Source: Stegostoma tigrinum
Taxonomy: Eukaryota
Assembly: GCF_030684315.1 (NCBI RefSeq)
Contig: NC_081360.1
Span: 11,140,599-11,204,598, forward strand
DNA length: 64,000 nt
Direction: 5' to 3'
Of the stretch, positions 35,752-47,361 are shown in pieces (the first letter of the stretch is position 1; the number at the start of each line of letters is the position of its first letter). The translations under genes were made by a program, and so were the position numbers. Under the pieces are notes generated by a model. It saw only the letters and a list, made by a program, of their open reading frames with translations. It did no database searches and was not told the DNA's origin.

Positions 35752-36603
35752 TGTAATGTCTCAGATCAATAATGTTTAATCAGAACTGCTAAGTATCCCA
35801 GAACTACTCAAAGTCCCCAATTAACCAGTCTGATAGACTCAAGTTAACAGAAAATACTGACAAGCACCACCATTCATTAAAAATAAGTTAATTTTACCCA
35901 TGGTTAAGCAACTATGAACTATCAACATATAGCTTAACTAATTGAAGCTCTAGCCTGCTTTTCAAACCCCACACAGACAGACACAAACAAACAAATCAAC
36001 AAGCTTTATGGGGCGGAGGGAGGATAAATGGAGAAACATTGTCCATAAGCTTTGATGATCATTTTTCTTTCTCTGTTCTTCAAATGTCTTCCTTCCAAGT
36101 TCTTCTTGAAAACACAGGGGATTTTCACATTAATTGTTCCATTTCACAGCTATTAGTTACAGCAAAGAGTGGGAAAAAATAACTGGCTTTGTCTTCAGGC
36201 TTATGTAACTTGGCCACAAAGCTAGAGACAAATTCTGCTTCCTCCAGTGTGGAAACCTACCTCAGTGTCATTCACACATACAAGCTGTTCAGGTGTACAG
36301 GAGCCTGTCAGAGAGCTATCAACAGGCTTATGACCTGTACAATAGGCCACAATTGTACAAATCAGCAATCTGTTGCTAGCCAAATTTCAGTCTACATACA
36401 TACACACCTCAGTGCCATGCCATCTTATCTCACCTCCCTCCTGTTAACAAAGCAGCAGTATAAACAGAACTCAAAAGAGTTCCAGTAATTTGTTTTTAAA
36501 AGCGTAGTAATTCCTTTCCCAGTCGTTGATTTCAAAAGAGTCCATTTCCTATTTTAGAACAGGATCATAGATACAGAAAAATAAAAAAGATACCGTCTTT
36601 ACA
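35752..36603. mobile_element. Possible solo LTR
   Basis: Bounded by TGTAATGTC...GTCTTTACA (imperfect short inverted termini, TG..CA). No TSD visible. Confidence 0.3.
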
Positions 36604-37390
36604 AAGTCATTTAACTTTCTTTGCTGGATGGACAGGATTGAGGATGTGTCATTGAAATTGTTTGGAAAGTAATGAAGAGACAACTATTTACTATAGCTTC
36701 ACAAGGCAAAAAGAGCATTGTTAAGCAAGATTTGGTAATTGATTCAACATACTAAATGCACTTTGAGGATGGAGCAAAGATACTGTCTCTGTAAACAATA
36801 AGTTGTTTTTTATTTCTCCATTGAGCTTTCATTCCCTGTGTGCGTAGCTGCTATTCGACGAGGGACAGATATCACACTTCTGACTGTGAGTTAATTATGT
36901 TCTTTCAAACTCTGAAAGGCCTATAATTCATGACTGCTACAGATACAAGTGAGTTATAGCAGTATTGTGTATGAGTGAAAGAACAGCTGGAACTTTGATT
37001 ACCAGTGAGATAATTGGTTAATTATTTCAGAATGAACAGTCCTTGAAAGCATAGCGCAGCTTTAACAGAGAGGCTTCTCATTAGCACAGTGCTAAAAATT
37101 AAACAAAAGATTAAAACTGTCTTTTGTCTGGTTCTGTTTGTATCTAAATGATATGACATCAGCAAATACGTTCATAAGAGGAGGTCTTAAGCCAGGCATT
37201 AGGAAGAAGATGCATTATCATGCACCATTCAAATGACAAGCCTGTTAAATCGCCCAGCATCAATAACTAATTACAATTGTTAATTGTATTTCTTCACACA
37301 ATCTTGCGCTGTGAAACCTCTCAGGGACTTCCAGTGATTCCAGAATCATTTGGGCTTTCTCTAAAATCAGAGAGTAGGAGAGAGCTCTTC

Positions 37391-37530
37391 AACAGTTAGT
37401 TACCCCAACTAATTCCCTTAGTTCCCAGTATTTTGATCTTGGAACAGTTGGTACAAGGTGGATTCCTCCAGTGAAAACCTAATCATACCTGTGCTGTGAG
37501 AATGTGTATAGTCAATTGGTTGGTCTTGTT
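37391..37530 (+). repeat. First copy of a diverged ~135-bp direct repeat (second copy 39325-39459)
   Basis: Shared blocks ttcccagta.tttgatcttggaacag, caaggtggat.cctcca.tgaaa.cctaatcat.cctgt.ct.tgagaatgt. Confidence 0.85.
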
Positions 37531-39324
37531 TCTCCACTGGGAGTCAATAGCAAATGCTTTCTGTCAGTCTTATTGCATATTCTTCCTGTGGGGTCACTGG
37601 TAGGCATCGATCTGCTTCGAGATTTCAGTGGCTGGTGTGGTTGATATCCTCACGTGAAGTTGGTGTTTTACTTCTGTATTCTCCTCAGGGTAATTGCTGA
37701 TTTTGCAGATACCAGAGTAAATGGAATATCTGAGAATGTACTTCTATCTAAGGGCTATCTCAGATTTAAATAATTTATTCAGGACATAACCTCTATGGTG
37801 ATCACTGGCCTCTGCTCACTTAGTCAGTAGTCGATGCTAACTTCTGTGTCACTGAGAAGCTAAGTGTTAAACAGCGGAAAGTCTTTGGAGGAAGTGTTTG
37901 GTAACATTGTAACCTCAAAGTACAGTGGTGCTAAAATTCTTCAGGCTGCAATATTGGCACTTGTATCAAGATTTCATATTGGATGACCATAGTGCAATCA
38001 ATTGCCAAAGTCTGTGACATAACAGATAAACACCTCATTTACATAGGCAGATGGGAACAAACACAACCTAAGATTTTCTTCTGGCACCCACATGTCCCCC
38101 ATGACTAGAAAATTGCCAAACCATTTGAAAAAAAGGATTTCCCTGCTTTAGTTGTACCACTGTTTAAGAGGCACCAAAGTAATTCGTCATTCCAATCTTA
38201 TATTGTCTTCCTTGTCCTACGCAAACCACTTTCCAAACAGAACTTGACATCCCCCAGTGGTTCCACCTTTTCTCAAAGTACTGCCTGCTTTTAATCCACC
38301 AAACATTGCCAGGATTGGTAACACCCTGAACCTCCATCCATCATTTACCTTTTAGTCAGTCCAGAAACTGGCAGAAATGGCAGAGGCTCAAAGTAATCCT
38401 GCTTTTCCACATGTTCATTAGTTTCTCAAGCCTTTTAGTGAAGTTACCGACAGGTCCTTCAGAAAAGTAGTCTCCATGTTTTCCATCTTCAGTCTCAAAC
38501 AAGTAAAGTCAGAAGAGTTAGGAGAAAGCTATAGGTATGTATTTTGTTTGATTATACTTGACCTACCCTTCAGTCTTCAAATTTATGTATTACGATTCAT
38601 AAATGAAGCCTGAATTACCAATAAAGGATAACACACCACAGTGAGGAATATTTGCTATAAGGCAAAACATGCAGTTTTTGAGAATAGCTGAGGAGAGGGC
38701 TTGTGAAAGGAAACTGGTTGAGTGCTTTCAGGCATCTACTAATCAGTCTCGTGACTGCCTGACAGTAAATGAAAAAGGATTTTTTTTTCCTATTTCCATA
38801 AGGTTACATATATCTTTTGATCAAGAAGCTAATGGCAGCTTTCAGGTCTAATTGTACCACGAAAACGTTGTGCCACTGTTGGTAGTATTGTGTAATGGTC
38901 CAAGTTTTGATGGCTGAAAAGCATCATGTTTAATGGCACGTATCAGTATTAGAAAGATCAAAGCATTAAACTGCATTTGTAACTGGGATTTTACAGAAAG
39001 ATGCTTGTTTCAGCAGTGTCAAAACACTCATAGTCAGTGAAAGATAACTTCATGCACTCCGTTTCATTGAACATTGCTCTCAAACAAGCCCTGTCAGCAT
39101 GGCTTAGGCAAGGATCCTGCACTGTTCCATCCTCATTTTCTTACTCGGCAAAATGTTGTGCTCTCACAGATTCCCCATCTGCATCCCAGCATCCTGCCTC
39201 CAATCACTACAAGTGAGATCCCCAGCTTCCCTCTTATAGCAAGTCCCTGATAACCCCACCTTGATTTTCACTGGACAGACCCCCAGGACTGACTGTGGCT
39301 CAATCTTATGACTGACATAAAAAG

Positions 39325-39459
39325 AACAGTTACCCAACCAATTCCATTATTTCCCAGTACTTTGATCTTGGAACAGATTTTGCAAGGTGGATGCCTCCAT
39401 TGAAAGCCTAATCATGCCTGTACTATGAGAATGTATACGATCCATCAGTTAGCCTTGTT
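39325..39459 (+). repeat. Second copy of the ~135-bp direct repeat
   Basis: See 37391-37530. It lies inside a low-complexity ctggactgac-rich tract (~39230-39700). Confidence 0.85.
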
Positions 39460-40169
39460 ACCAACAGCCAACAGCCTCATGTGATGAATTAAAAGACTCC
39501 TGACTGAGACCTGTGCAGCTCCCGACTGACTTACTGCAAATCCCCAAACTGGTTGAATTGCAGGACTGACTGTTGCCCACTCCCTGGATAGCAGAAGTAA
39601 GGACACCCTGATTCTGGATACCCGAGCAACTGACTAACCATGTCTAAGCCCCTGGACTGATACCAGACAATGCCTTTGATTTGCTGTGCCTGGATCCCTT
39701 AACTTTAGTAAGGACGACTCTGCTAAGGTTTTGAGACAAGGTCATTTGGGCAAAACACATTTGGTGCATTTGCTGCAGGCTGGCACATGGTATTGACATA
39801 GCTCAGAGTCATATAGCAACATGTCCGCCCCCTTGACAAATCACTGCTAACAGCTAAGACCAGCTGCCTAGGTTTGTATCGCTGCTGAAAATCAAAGCAA
39901 GATAGAAGTACTGTGAGTCTTTAAGTTCCAAATGAAGCAACAAAGTGCAAAAAGGAAGAAAAAAGACTGTGATGGTATGAACATCTAAGTAGGTGCAAAG
40001 TGAGTGAGCGCTAAGAGAAGTAAGTGAGGAGCCCTAAGATGCCCCCTGCTTTAAAGCACAAAATGGATACTTGTCCTTGCAAACAAAGCGTAATGCTGCT
40101 GGACAATGAAAGGCACCAATGCACAAAGTGCAGCATTGAAGTGGAGATCTCTATTTACCAGAAACACAA

Positions 40170-40960
40170 ATGTTGTGAGTGGGCAAAGATCTGGTCAATG
40201 GAGTATAATTTAGGAAGGTATGAAAATATCCATTGTGGCAGAAAGAATGAAAAACGTGTATTATCCAAATGGTGAGAAGTTGCAGAATTAAGATATGGAG
40301 AGATTTGGGTGTCTTAATGTAAGAATCACAAAGGCTTAGCATGCAGATAAACAAGTAAACAGCAAAATTAATAGGATGTTATGGTTTATTGTGAGAGGAT
40401 TGAATGCAAGAGTGGGGAGGTTATCCAACAATTACAGGACATCAGTGAGACTACATCTACAATGTGCAATACTGATCACCATGCTTGTGGAAGAATATTG
40501 ATACATTGGAAGCAGTTCAGAGAAAGTTTATGAGAATAATACCTGGAATAGCGGATTGCCTCATGAATAAGGCTGGAAAAGTCTGTGTTCTCTGGAATTC
40601 AGAAGAGTCAGAGGTGTTTTAATGAAACATAAGATCCTGAGGCAACTTGACTGGGTGCAAAGGATGTTTCCTCTTTTGGGAGAACCTAGAACTAAGGGTC
40701 AGTGTTTAAAAATAAGGCATCCCCTATGTAAGACAGAGATTAGGCAACATATTTTCTCTCAGAGAGGGTTGTGAGTCTTCTGAATTGCCTTCCACAAAAG
40801 ACAGTTGATGCGTAATCTTTTAAGTATTTTTAAGGCATAAGTAGATAGATTCTTGACTTCCAAGGGGACAAAAGATTATCAGAGATATGCAGGAATGTAT
40901 ATTTGCCATGATCTTATTCAATGGCAGAGCAGACTCCAAGAGCTGAATAGCCTCCTCTTG
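40170..40960 (+). mobile_element. Old 5'-truncated CR1 (3' part)
   Basis: EWAKIWSMEYNLGRYENIHCGRKN, LEAVQRKF, and the 3' UTR gccatgatcttattcaatggcagagcag..gctgaatagcctcct. Confidence 0.8.
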
Positions 40961-41384
40961 TTTGTATGAGTCAGTCAGAAATGTGCCATGATGACACCGA
41001 GAAGCTTGAATGTGTCTAATATCAATCTTTGGCTGGGGTGATGTGAGTGGTCACTGTCCATGGAGCACTGTTTGTGATGGCGGTGACTGCTGTGCAAGGT
41101 AGAGCACTGGAAGAGCAAGCAGCAAGATGAATCGGCAGACTGGGATTTATCACTGTTTAGTTTCTCTTCTGAACATGGAAGAAATGGAAAATGCATGCCA
41201 ACAAAGCGACATTAGGTGCTAATAGCATGCAGATAGGTCTCTCACTGCTCACGAGCAAGATTCTCATCTTGTCATTCAAAACTTAGTAAGAGAATCAGAC
41301 TTCTTTTTCTTGCTGTTGAAAGTCGCACATCAGCTAATTTGCACCATATTTTCCCAACTCATTTGCCAATGCCCATGTCATTCA

Positions 41385-41825
41385 TCACTATTATCATTAA
41401 ACTATTAATCCAGAAAATCAGCTAATGTTCTGGGGACACAGGTTCAAATCCCACCACGGCAGATGGTGGAGTTAGAATTTAATTTTAAAAATCTGAATTA
41501 AGAATCAAATGATGACTATAAAACCATTGTTGGTTGTTGGAGAAGCCAATCCAATCTGGCTCATTCATGTCCACTAGGGAAGGAAATCTGCCATTCGTAC
41601 CTGGTCTGGTCAAATGTGACTCCAAACCAACAGCAATGTGGTTGACTCAACTGCCCTCTGAAAAGGCCTAGCAAGCCACTTAGTTGTATCAGCTGCTCAA
41701 CCTACAGCATGTGGACTGCCGTAATTCAAGAAGGCAGCTCACCACCTTCTTAAGAGCAACTAGGTATGGGCAACAAATGCTGGTCAGCCAGTGACATTTT
41801 TGGGCACGATTGAATAAAAAAGAAA
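41385..41825 (+). mobile_element. tRNA-derived SINE, MetaSINE-like
   Basis: B box ggttcaaatccc; central agggaaggaaatctgccattcgtacctggtctggtcaaatgtgactccaaaccaacagcaatgtggttgactc; tail aagaaggcagctcaccaccttct...tgaataaaaa. Confidence 0.75.
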
Positions 41826-42624
41826 CTTGATTTTGTCATAATTCATCCTATTTCCTTCTCTATATTTCTGCCGTTTGTTTCTCAATTCTTATATGTCAAT
41901 ACTTTAAAAAACTGTTGGCAATGTTTTTCATCCAAATATCAGATGTCCCACTGCACTGCATCAGCTCCCACTTTTAGCAAGCTGCATGCTAAAAACAATC
42001 AACAGGGCATAACAAAAGATGCCCAGTTCCAGCAAATCTATCCCAGTGCCTTCCAGCCTGTGCAATGAATCAGAATTTGTTAGCCAGAATTTATATTCTG
42101 AGACTTTTTAATTGGTGCTTATAAATATAGTCTGTTCAAACAATAAACCATAATTCCAATTGTGCATGTGAAATTCTCTCAAGAATTTTCTCTTAGGACT
42201 TGTGATCTTGCTATACTCAGTGGTTACCAAATTACCCAGTTGCATTGATGGTTCCTGCTCCTTGTTAAATCCTTTCAAAAGACTTTAATTCCAAAATGTG
42301 ATTACTTTCCAAATCCTATTTGCATGTACAATTAATTCCAATTAATTAAAATGACATAACCTGACAGATTAAAAAGTCCACATGAATTTGGTGTTCTCTG
42401 TATTGATGAACCCAAGGAGGGAGGAACAAACCCACTCCCACTCTGAATTAACAGTCCTTATCACTTCATGTAAGCTAAGGAAAATTTGCAAGGAAGACCC
42501 AAGAAAAAAATCCTGTTCATTTTTGAGGACTTTATTTCAGAATTCTTAGCTTGAATCTTTTTTCTCTTACTGCCTTAAGACCGTATTCCCTCCTGGCATT
42601 TTGGCTATACTTCTTTTGACTCAA

Positions 42625-43390
42625 AGGTTAGGCCACAGCTGGAGTATTGCATGCAGTTCTCCCCACACCATAAAAAGGATGTGATTGCACTGGAAGGAGG
42701 ACATTCACCAGGATGTTGGAGTTAACAAGAACTACGGATGCTGGAGTCAGAGTCAATACAGTGTGGAGCAGGAGGAACACAGCAGGTCAGATAGCATGAG
42801 AGGAGCAGGAAAGTTGATGATTCAGGTCGATCAGTACCGTTTGACAAATGGTCCCGACCTGAATCATCAACTTTCCTGCTCCTCTGATGTTGCATGACCT
42901 GCTATCTTCCTCAGCTCCACACTGTATTGATTCACCAGGATATTGCCTGTAATGGAATACTTTAGCTATGGACAGAGGCCGGATTAGCTCAAGTTCTTTT
43001 CTTTGGAACAGAGAAAGCTGAGGACAGACTTGACAGAGGTGTATAAAATTATGAGGAGCATGGACAGGGTGGATAGAAAACAGCTGTTCCCGTTGGTTGA
43101 AGGGGCCAATAACAAGAGTGTGTAATTTTGAAGTGACAGCCAGAAGATTTAGAGGGGTTTTAAGGAATTTGTTTTCACCAAGAAGGTGCAGTGGATAATG
43201 GATAGCACTGCCTGGGAAGGTAGTTGAGGTAGATAATCTCATAATCTTTAAAAGGTATTTGATGGCCACTTGTAATATCATAACTTTCAAATGCTGTGGG
43301 CCTAGTGCTAAAGGCTGTGGCTCATGCAGATTTAGTGTAGCTTTGGCAGTATAGACTTGATGGGCCAAAATGCCTTTTCTATGATTCTAA
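42625..43390 (+). mobile_element. CR1 3' fragment interrupted by a fold-back PLE mini-element
   Basis: VRPQLEYCMQFS...KDVIALE..TFTRM / L..MEYFSY...FSLEQRKLRTDLTEVYKIMR; tail ttctatgattct. Confidence 0.85.
42719..42929. mobile_element. Fold-back PLE pLTR mini-element
   Basis: Inverted arms 42753-42829 / 42855-42930, tail on the left arm only. TSD attcaccaggatgttg (42703-42718) / attcaccaggatattg (42930-42945). Confidence 0.88.
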
Positions 43391-43419
43391 GAAGCATCAA
43401 TAAGCATTGGGTGTTGTAA

Positions 43420-43850
43420 GTCACAGTTCAGTCAGAGGCAGACTCTTGCCATTGATTCAGAAGGTTGTAACTGAAACCCCATTCCAGAAATCCAAGCTCA
43501 CAATCAAGGTTGACAGTCCAGTGTGCTGCTCTGTCAGAGATAGCCATCGTTTTGATGAGATGTTAAATACCATTCTATGGTAGATGTAAATGATCCCATG
43601 TCATTATTTTGAAAAGAGAGGCAGTCTTCCTGCTGCTTTTACAAATGCTACTCTCAACTAAAATAAGTAAAAGTACAGGTTATCAGTTCAGTATTACATT
43701 TCTGTTTGTGGAACCTTGCTAAGTGAAATTAACTGCTGCGTTTCCTACATCACATCATTGACTACTTGCCAAAAGAAAGAAAAAATTGGCTGTGAAGTGT
43801 TTTGGGATGGCCTTTGGTCATGCAAGTGCTATATTGTACAAATTTTCATC
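43420..43850 (+). mobile_element. DeuSINE (SacSINE1-like)
   Basis: tRNA-like head, Deu-domain-like gtagatgtaaatgatcccatgtcattattttgaa...cattctgtttgtggaaccttgct, tail ggctgtgaagtgttttgggatg. Confidence 0.65.
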
Positions 43851-44935
43851 TGGCATTCATTATTGAAATCTTTCTTCTGAGTACAAGCATTCTTCACCCC
43901 TTTGTTTAATTTAGTATAGAGAAAGCTGAAGAAATCTTCCAAATGCAATGACCAGAATTTTAGGTCCTCTGAGTAACCGAACTACCTCTGACATAATTTT
44001 GGTAGTGTTGATGTAGGTGTACGATAGTCCATATGCCCTTGCCCTTGGAGCAAGTGAAGCCTCTAAAGACGAATTAACAGCCACTTACTGTTAATTCCCA
44101 CCAGTGCTGGTATTTACCATTAGCTACCTCTCCACAGGGCAAGGTCATCAGGATTTTGGGGAAAGAATGCTCGTTCAGGAATCTACTTCCCAATAAAAGC
44201 CCAAACAGTCACAAGAACCACCCTTGCTTGTTCTTCACTACTCAGCCTCCTTTGCTGACTTTGTTCTTCCCTTCAATGAGAACAGTCATCTGCCCCACCC
44301 ACACTTGACCATCTGGCCTCCATTATTTTTCTGTTCATGGTGTCTGCAGTTGGGATTGAAGAGCCACAATCCATCTTATTGGTTGGCACCTCCTAGAGGC
44401 AATCCTACCATACCGGGTTCAAAGCCACAACTGCCTGGCAACTGTCAAATCCAGTTGTAGTTACACAAGCCAGCAAAAGTGGGTTCACGTGTGACTTTTC
44501 AGCCGTGAGCAAGGCTAATCTCTCCATGAAAAGTTCCAGCCACTCTGTTTGTATGGACAAGGAGAAAGACCGAGCAAACGTAAGCTACTCAAAGAGTTGG
44601 CATTATGTGTGGGCAATTTTTGGTCTGTTTACTGTCTCTGATTGCTTACAAATGTAAACATTTAAATGTATATCCCTCCCATTCTCTTGCAGCTGCTTTC
44701 ACAGGAGGTAGATGTTGCAAGCGACATGGGACAGAACTTTCCCCTCCTTGAGATGTTGAGAACATTAGTGAGTGTGATGAATCAATCAGGCCAGACTACA
44801 AAAATCATATTCTTGCCATTGAGTTAAACTATCACAAGTTTAGGTGGGGCAATCAAATTCTTGCCATCAGATGGTATGAATCCTGTGTTTATGAAATTGC
44901 ATCTGATTAATTACCCTACATGCTGAAATTAATTT

Positions 44936-45106
44936 TTACAAAGATAGTAGGAGCAGCCGATGCTGGAGAATCTCAGATAAGAAGGTGTAGTGTCCGACGA
45001 ACACAGCAGGCCAAGAAGCGAAGGTTCTAGACCCAAAACGTCAGCTTTCCTGCTTCTCTGATGCTGCTTGGCCTGCTGTGTTCATCCAGCTCTACACCTT
45101 GCTATC
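44936..45106. mobile_element. Fold-back PLE pLTR mini-element
   Basis: Left arm: tail plus agataagaaggtgtag...gaacacagcaggccaagaagc. Right arm: gctgcttggcctgctgtgttcatccagctctacaccttgctatc. TSD tgctgaaattaattt (44921-44935) / tgctgaaatgaattt (45107-45121). Confidence 0.85.
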
Positions 45107-46097
45107 TGCTGAAATGAATTTCCCATTTCTTATTTACCCCTGCTCAGTCAAGATACAGGACACTTCAATACTTCAACCACATAAATCACTGACAAGCCGT
45201 ACTTCCTCTGCCTCCAGTCTGAGTGAATATGCAGCTATTATGGCAACGTTCCTTTTGTTAATATTGGATGGAACTGCTACAGCTGCCATAGGCATTTTCA
45301 TGCTGAATAAGACACAATGTTTTCCTGGACCACTGTTCTGTCCAATTGGGCAACACAACAGCAACCCACCTGCATCAGATTCTAAAGTGGAACTTTAGCA
45401 CACACACTCTGCCAGCTTCAAGTGGCACAATTTTTGGGCAGCTTGAGTCAGTAGCTTTTTTCTCATGATTTGCACTTTAGCAAAGTGGGCAAAACAGGCA
45501 GCTTATTTCTACTGGAAACGGTGAAGAACAAAGGCGATGGGGAATACGGCAACATAGCACTGCATTACGTTGTGCCAACATCTGAGATGTACATGTAAAA
45601 GCAGTTTATGTTGGAAACATACTGCATGTGCATGGTGAGCATGGCAGAATGTGAAAACAAAAAGGGAGGCATGCTTAATGGGAAAAGGGTGTATTCGATC
45701 AATCAGGACATCAATGCGGTCAGTCCAGGAACCCACCCATTTTGAGCTAGATTGGGTGTGCCGAGGTGTGGTTTCAGTGCTGGGCATACTCAGGCATTTT
45801 GTCTTGACCATCACAGTTCAGGAACCAAACCACAATCAGTCCTGAGAGAGAATCAAAATCAGGTTGTGCTTAGCACTCGGTCAGTTGAGGTTATCTTGCA
45901 AATTCATTCTATCAGAAAGGTTAGCAGTGATCATTTGGGGCCATAATGTAAACACTATCCAGGCGATCGACCATGGTCACTCAGATGAGAATCATACATC
46001 ATCTGGATGTGTTTTAGGACAAATCTATAGTGTCACTAAGGCTGAGGACAACTTATACCTGAAGATTGGCCTGATTGTATTTGATAGTTTACATATA

Positions 46098-46398
46098 CAC
46101 AGAATCCCTACAATGGGTAAACAGGCCCTTCGCCCCAACAAGTCCACACTGACCTTGGTGCATCCCACCCAGACCCATCCCGCTATAACCACAACATCCC
46201 TGAATGCTACGGGCAATTTAGCATGGCCAATCCATCTAGCCTGCACATCTTTGGACAGTGGGAGGAAACCGGAGCACCCATAGAAAACCCATGCAGACAC
46301 AGAGAGAATGTGCAAACTTCACACAGACAATCACCCAAGGGTGCAAGTAAACCCAGGTCCCTGGCACTGTGAGGCAGCAATCTAACTGAGCCACCATG
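46098..46398 (-). mobile_element. HE1/V-SINE-like SINE
   Basis: Reverse complement of head, V domain (ggaggaaaccggagcaccc..aaacccatgcagacacagagagaatgtgcaaact) and tail. Confidence 0.9.
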
Positions 46399-46849
46399 CT
46401 TGAGTGAATGGTCACAATAATACGGAGTAATTGTACAAAGTAGGGTGGGACCTGTTGTTTATTGGAGAGAACATCATAGTTTTTTAAGAGAGGGTAAAGG
46501 CAAACAAAGGTCAATGTAGTGTCTATGGGATGGGTGCAAGCCCATGCCTCTTTAATTAATGGCTTTGGATATAGAGCAGAGCAATTAATGTTCACCTAAA
46601 CAGCTTCAACTGAAATGGGGGAGGTATCAATAATTACTCCATTCTTCATGAGGTCATGTCAATATTGGATGGAACTTTAAAATGAATATTGAGATTCTGC
46701 TTAACTATGAATGGAGGCAGATAATAACAGGGCTTGATTGCTACAGTAACCGTTTCAGGAGGCTTAACAATTTCAGCATGTAATCACCCGAAAACTTGTC
46801 AGTTATCCTCCCTCCACCCCCCTAGGTGCTGCATTGTACGGGATACTCC

Positions 46850-47115
46850 CTGCAAGGCCAACTTATTTTCAACTGTTCGCACTTCTCATAACACCCTACC
46901 TCGTATTTATCCTTCTGTCAGCTGAACATCAGCTATCTTTGTTTGCCTATTCCCTTTTATCTGTCGCAATTCATTCCCCACACCCTGCCATCAGCATAAA
47001 TACCACCCTTTCCCAACTATTGACTGTTCTCATGAATGATCGCTGAACTCAATACATTAACTCTGTTTTTCTTTCACCAGATGCTGCCAGACTTATTGTG
47101 TTTCTCCAGCACTCC
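46850..47115 (+). mobile_element. Decayed PLE 3' UTR/pLTR fragment (family of 28847-29067)
   Basis: cattaactctgtttttctttcaccagatgctgccagacttattgtgtttctccagca is homologous to 28961-29017. Confidence 0.6.
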
Positions 47116-47361
47116 CACATCACTCAATTTCCTCCCACTGTCTTAGATAGCTACCTAGTTCTTCCACCATAGTTCTCCCAGAAAGTGTTTGACTCATTAC
47201 AAGTTTCTGAAAGTTCACTTTCTTCGTGCCGACTCCAAACTTAACCATACCTCATTTGTGAACTCCATGACATTTCATCTCAAGTTTGAACTGCACTTGT
47301 CATGCTTTTATTATGAATTTAATAAAAATCAAGAATTTTCTAATGTTTTAAGAGCCTTATT

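Noticed and set aside
37540-38540. Coding-like texture on the minus strand (e.g. ETEDGKHGDYFSEG)
   Set aside because: Frequent stops in all frames and no recognisable family. A translated search would be needed.
45490-45850. Protein-looking short ORFs on both strands
   Set aside because: No domain motif, and no consistent splice-bounded open frame.
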